Shown: positions 59,340 to 64,000 of the stretch, piece by piece
Layout: each line of letters opens with the position of its first letter
Numbering within the stretch: position 1 is the first letter of the stretch
Source of the DNA: Candidatus Spongiisociaceae bacterium
Lineage (GTDB): Bacteria; Actinomycetota; Acidimicrobiia; Spongiisociales; Spongiisociaceae
Assembly (NCBI GenBank): GCA_965262915.1
Contig: OZ253564.1
Coordinates: forward strand, 672,001-736,000
Direction: 5' to 3'
DNA: 64,000 nucleotides
Position numbers and translations under genes: made by a program
The notes under the pieces: generated by a model
Databases searched by the model: none
What the model was told of the DNA's origin: nothing
The model's input: only the letters and a program-made list of their open reading frames with translations

Positions 59340-61441
59340 TGTTCGGAGCGGCGAGGCTGGGCCGGGGGTGGGTGGCCCCGGCCCTCGTAGCCCTGGCAGC
59401 TTCATTGCTGATGGGACCAGCGGTTCCGGTGGCCGCCGGAGACGGGCAGGCGGATGCCTTGGCTACGTACTCGGCCTGCCCGGGCGCGGCAACCGGGTCG
59501 GTCGGTTTCGAGGACACGGCGGGCAATTGGGCGGAGGCTGCTATAGACTGCCTTGCCCACTACGGGATCACCGGGGGAGGCAGCTCCGCACGGTTCGATC
59601 CCGATGGCGACGTGACCCGCCGCCAGATGGCCCTCTTCCTGGCTGTTGCGGCGAGACCGGCCGGTATCACGTTACCGCAGCCCGCCCAGCAGGGATTCAC
59701 CGACCTCGGCGGGTTGGACGCCCATACCGTGGTCGCTATCCATCGGCTGGCAGAGTCGGGCATCATGACCGGTACCTCCACGATGACCTTCTCTCCGCAT
59801 GAGCCGGTCACCCGCCGCCAGATGGTTCACTTCCTGACCCGCTTCCTGCAGCTCGCGCCGGTGGGGCAGGGAGGGATCGACATCGACGATGTGGAGTCCG
59901 ACGACACCCGGTTCGAGGATATCGGGGACCTGCCGCGTGACACCTACGACGCCATCCTGGACCTGTTCGAGATGGGGATCGCCCGCGGTACGTCGATGAC
60001 CGGGTTCTCACCCGAGCAGCCGGTCACCCGCGCCCAGATGGCAATGTTCATCACCCGGGCCCTGGCCCACACCAACGCCCGCCCCGCCGGTATCACCATC
60101 CAGACCGGCCCCACCACGGTGCCCGTCGAGGCCATCGCCCCGCTGGCGATATCGGTGCGTGACGGCAACCATCGACCGCTGGTGGATGCCTCGGTCGACC
60201 TGATCCGCGCCTCGTCCTGGAGGGAGGCCTTCGAGAACGACGGAAAGTGCTCCGGCGAAGTGGAGGCGGAGGTCGGCCACCGGCCGTGCAGTATCGACCT
60301 CTCCGACCGGGTCACCGACCGGAACGGGAACCTGGCGCACGACCTGATCGTCTTCGAGGATCTGGTGCTGTGGGCCTGGACAGGAGATCAACATGACCGG
60401 TTCGACCTCGACGAAACCGATGCCGCGACGGTGGAGTTCACCACCATCAAGCCCGCCGCCGCCTTCCTGCTGACCGACGACATGCATCCCGACGCGGTCG
60501 CGGTCCCGTACGGCAGATGGGTGAAGTTCACGTTCGGGCTGGTGGACAACAACGGGCAGCCGGTTGCAGAGCAATGGGTGGCGATCCGGATCCGCGCCGA
60601 CCAGGAGCGGGACGGGATCGTCGAGCGGCGTATCAAGACCTACTACACCGACTCGTCGGGCGAGGTGGAGCTGAGCTACACCATCCGCGACCCCTACGCC
60701 GGCGAGAACGACGTCGACAGTTATCTCGACATCAACGTGCTGGAGTCCTCCGAGTTGGAGGTCACCGACCGGTCGGCCGTCCGGATCCTGAGAGAGGACG
60801 ACCAGGGAGTGGATAACCGGCTGCGGTGGTCGGACGACGCAGAGCAACCCAACGCCCTTGTGCTCGAGTTGCCCGTCGTATATCGCTCCGCCTCGGATAT
60901 CGGCCGGGGCGCTCCGAACACCGTCAGTGCCACGTTGGTGGATCAGTACGGCGATCCGGTACGCGGGGAGCGGATCCACTTCAAGTCGGACGACCCCGAC
61001 GGCCTGTACAAAGACACCGACGATCCCGCTCTGGCCATACGCCGCCACCGCAAGGAGACCGACCATCTGGGTGTTGCTACGGTCAGCTACCACCGGAAGA
61101 ACGACGGCTCGCGGATCGAGACCATCTCGGCGTTTTCCGAGGACGACGAGATACAAGCTCAGGCCGTGAGGCAGTACTGGGTCGAGGAAGCCCCCGAAGA
61201 TGAGCTCCTTCACCTCTACGAGGTGCTGCATCTCGACGAGGAACGGTACACGTTGGTGATCCGGCGCGGTGGCCTTGGTCCGTATACGGTCGCCTTCGAC
61301 TCGAACGACCGGTTCGACGTGGACGGGGACACGGAGAGGTTCGAAGCTTTCAAGAGGAGCCTGGAAGAGGGTGACAAGGTGACCGTCGAGGTCCGATCCC
61401 ACGACCCGGACGCCGTGAACTCCTTCACGAGGTATGAATAG
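59339..61441 (+). CDS. SLH-domain surface protein 3
   Basis: TGATG coupling to gene 2; same architecture. Confidence 0.88.
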   Translation: MFGAARLGRGWVAPALVALAASLLMGPAVPVAAGDGQADALATYSACPGAATGSVGFEDTAGNWAEAAIDCLAHYGITGGGSSARFDPDGDVTRRQMALFLAVAARPAGITLPQPAQQGFTDLGGLDAHTVVAIHRLAESGIMTGTSTMTFSPHEPVTRRQMVHFLTRFLQLAPVGQGGIDIDDVESDDTRFEDIGDLPRDTYDAILDLFEMGIARGTSMTGFSPEQPVTRAQMAMFITRALAHTNARPAGITIQTGPTTVPVEAIAPLAISVRDGNHRPLVDASVDLIRASSWREAFENDGKCSGEVEAEVGHRPCSIDLSDRVTDRNGNLAHDLIVFEDLVLWAWTGDQHDRFDLDETDAATVEFTTIKPAAAFLLTDDMHPDAVAVPYGRWVKFTFGLVDNNGQPVAEQWVAIRIRADQERDGIVERRIKTYYTDSSGEVELSYTIRDPYAGENDVDSYLDINVLESSELEVTDRSAVRILREDDQGVDNRLRWSDDAEQPNALVLELPVVYRSASDIGRGAPNTVSATLVDQYGDPVRGERIHFKSDDPDGLYKDTDDPALAIRRHRKETDHLGVATVSYHRKNDGSRIETISAFSEDDEIQAQAVRQYWVEEAPEDELLHLYEVLHLDEERYTLVIRRGGLGPYTVAFDSNDRFDVDGDTERFEAFKRSLEEGDKVTVEVRSHDPDAVNSFTRYE

Positions 61442-61706
61442 CTCACGATTCTGTTACGAGTTATAGAAGAGGAGAGGGCATCGATGACATCGGGGGGGTG
61501 TCGGCACTTTCGGATCTCGCTTCGTCCGATACCCCCCGACCACTGCTCTCGTCGTTTCCCACCTGTGATATCGACGGCTGATTCGTAACGGCGTTCGGTA
61601 CGCTCCGAAAGCCTCTCGAATCCGGCCACCGGCTACCTGGCCGTTTGGATATGCCGTGTTTGTCACCGTGTGGGGCTTACTATGTCCCCCAGGCAAGCAA
61701 ACAGAA

Positions 61707-63785
61707 ATGGGGCTGGTGTTCCTCGAGGCGAACGTCCGTAGGAAGTGGATCGAGCCGATCCTCGTCGCGGTGGTAGGTTCACTTCTAGCTGTCGCGGCGG
61801 TTCCGGCCGCTGCAGTGGACGGGGTGGTGGACCACCCGGCCGAGTACTCGGCTTGTATCGGTCCGGCGGCGGAGTCTGCGGGGTTTCGGGACATGAAGCG
61901 GAACTTTGCAGAGTCGGCCGCCGACTGCCTCGCCTACTACGGGATAACGAAGGGAACCTCCACCGGGATATTCTCACCCGACGACGTAGTGCCCCGGTGG
62001 CAGATGGCCCTGTTCCTGGTACGGGCGGCCGGCCCGGCGGGAATCGTGGTCCCCAAGGCATCCGATCAGGGATTCACCGACCTCGAGCAGTTGGGACCCA
62101 GCACCCGTGACGCCATCAACCAATTGGCGGCACTGCGCATCATGGAGGGCACGTCGGCTTCGACTTTCGCTCCCTCTGCAATGGTGACCCGCCAGCAGAT
62201 GGCAGCGCTGCTGTCGCGATTCCTGAAGGCCGCACCCACGGGGCCGGGAGGATCGGACATCGATGACGTGAAACCCGATGACAATAACTTCCGTGACCTG
62301 GGCCCTGTCCCGTTCATCACGTCCGAGGATATCCGCCGCCTCTACGAGATGGGTGTGACCGGTGGCACTTCGAGCACTACCTTCTCGCCGGGGGCCCCGG
62401 TGAGTCGGGCTCAGATGGCGGTGTTCATCACCAGGATGCTGGCCCACACCAACGCGCGTCCCGCTGGTCTAACGATCCAGATAGCTGACCAGGACGTGTT
62501 CAAGAATTCCGATATCCGCTTGGCGATCTCGCTTCGCGACTCCGATCGGCGGCCCTTCGAAGGCAGGCTGATCGATATTTTCGACGCCACGGATCCCACC
62601 GAAGCGTTCGACCAGAACGGCGCCTGCACGGATCATGTCACTCCGGCGGTCGGTGGCGATGCCTGCACCATCGACGTGTCGGATATGAGCACCGACAATC
62701 TGGGCAATGTCGTGGTAGATGTGGAGATAGCTAACGTCAAACGGCTACGGATCTGGGTCTGGACAGACGAAAAAGGCGAGGTATTCGACGAGGATAGTGC
62801 GGAACCGCTCGTCCTGGATCTAACGCCCCGTAGTGGGGCTTCTGCCTTGGAGGTCTCCGATGACCTACCGCCCACCGCCAGGAAAGTGGAGTTCGGGGAT
62901 TCGGTCACCTTCACGTTCCGCATGATCGACGACGACGGTGATCCGGTCGCCCGTCAAGGCGTCAGCTTTACCGTCCAGGTTAACGAGTCCCGGGACAACG
63001 GCCGCAGTTTCGAGCGGACGACTATCACCAAGGAAACCGGTCCTTATGGAGGGACGCAGCTCACGTTCCGGTTCACGGATCCGTCTTCGAGCCCGGGTGA
63101 CATCGCCAAACTCGACCTTGATGTCCAGAACAGCGGCGGATTCAAGGTGACTGACAAGACGACCACTCAGATGGTGGACGACGACGGGACCAATGACGAT
63201 AGCTTGCTGGACTGGTCGGACGAGCGAAGGGAGCCCACGACCCTCAAGCTGACTCTTACCAAGGAATTCCGGACTGCTTCCGCGGACGGGGCAGGCGCGG
63301 GCACTACCGTACGGGCCGCACTCACCGATCAGTTCGGGGGCCCGGTGGCCCGCGAACAGATCGTCTTCACCTCCAACGACAGCAACGGAGTTCCCGACGG
63401 AGTCCGACGGACCAGTAACCCACAGGGGGTGGCCACGCTCAACTACCAGCGCGACGATTCAGGGAGGGGGATCGAGACGATAACTGGCAAATTCGGCCGG
63501 CTGGTCGGCACCGCCCGCCAGTACTGGGTGACGCCCATATCCGGCAGTGTCAACGGTTCGGGAAGCGTCCGCGTGGTGAACAGGGACACCAACACGATCG
63601 TCGTGGCCGGACGTAGCGTTGCTGAGATAATCGAGTACGACGACAACGACCGTTACCTGATCGATGACGATCCGGCAACCGTGGGCGTATTCGAAGCGCA
63701 TCTCAGCGTGGGTGACATCCTCACCTATGAGATCACCGACCCGAAAAAGAGCACCGTCAACTCCTTCAGCCTCACTAACCGCTGA
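61707..63785 (+). CDS. SLH-domain surface protein 4 (start uncertain)
   Basis: Same architecture. Confidence 0.85.
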   Translation: MGLVFLEANVRRKWIEPILVAVVGSLLAVAAVPAAAVDGVVDHPAEYSACIGPAAESAGFRDMKRNFAESAADCLAYYGITKGTSTGIFSPDDVVPRWQMALFLVRAAGPAGIVVPKASDQGFTDLEQLGPSTRDAINQLAALRIMEGTSASTFAPSAMVTRQQMAALLSRFLKAAPTGPGGSDIDDVKPDDNNFRDLGPVPFITSEDIRRLYEMGVTGGTSSTTFSPGAPVSRAQMAVFITRMLAHTNARPAGLTIQIADQDVFKNSDIRLAISLRDSDRRPFEGRLIDIFDATDPTEAFDQNGACTDHVTPAVGGDACTIDVSDMSTDNLGNVVVDVEIANVKRLRIWVWTDEKGEVFDEDSAEPLVLDLTPRSGASALEVSDDLPPTARKVEFGDSVTFTFRMIDDDGDPVARQGVSFTVQVNESRDNGRSFERTTITKETGPYGGTQLTFRFTDPSSSPGDIAKLDLDVQNSGGFKVTDKTTTQMVDDDGTNDDSLLDWSDERREPTTLKLTLTKEFRTASADGAGAGTTVRAALTDQFGGPVAREQIVFTSNDSNGVPDGVRRTSNPQGVATLNYQRDDSGRGIETITGKFGRLVGTARQYWVTPISGSVNGSGSVRVVNRDTNTIVVAGRSVAEIIEYDDNDRYLIDDDPATVGVFEAHLSVGDILTYEITDPKKSTVNSFSLTNR

Positions 63786-64000
63786 CCCTCCTCGACCACG
63801 AGAATGGACGTGACCACGCCACTCCATTCGCGTACCAAGGAGAAACTGCGGAGGAGGAGCCGCACTTCGTCGGTGTACGAATCAGGATCGAACATGAGCG
63901 ATCTTGCACCGGATGGCATCGAAGAGGGTTCTTCTCGGGACGGGTGGCGGAGCCACGCGCTCGTGGACCTTCCTCGCAGGCGCCGCTCCCGCCGTCCTGC

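Noticed and set aside
55310-61402. Long antisense ORFs (for example 371 and 464 aa)
   Set aside because: They are shadow frames of high-GC genes on the opposite strand.

Overview
High-GC DNA, most likely actinobacterial and possibly Acidimicrobiia-like (inferred from IS types and SLH proteins). Bases 1-53.3 kb form a heavily decayed accessory region. It holds about 20 IS elements or remnants (IS110 x5, IS1380 x2 plus a MITE, ISL3, IS3, IS30, IS5, IS1634), two RT-less group II introns, toxin-antitoxin and defence remnants, a conjugative coupling-type ATPase, and 3-4 divergent partial copies of one small metabolic locus. Bases 54.7-63.8 kb carry four tandem SLH-type surface-protein paralogues. 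Three structures stand out. (1) A transposase-less array of three cargo cassettes at 14348-20299 shares GGGGTCTTCGCG inverted ends and a 43-bp identical right end; the cassettes are joined by different 5-bp spacers and the whole array is flanked by one TAAGT duplication. (2) CTGRCAC heptamer arrays bracket a four-helix-bundle gene and two coiled-coil genes, and an 'empty' paralogous site is present in the same window. (3) IS110 bridge-RNA guides can be read directly and match each element's own insertion site, including one aimed at the heptamer repeats. Many frameshifts could be pseudogenisation or long-read indels. All family calls are by motif recognition, with no database search.
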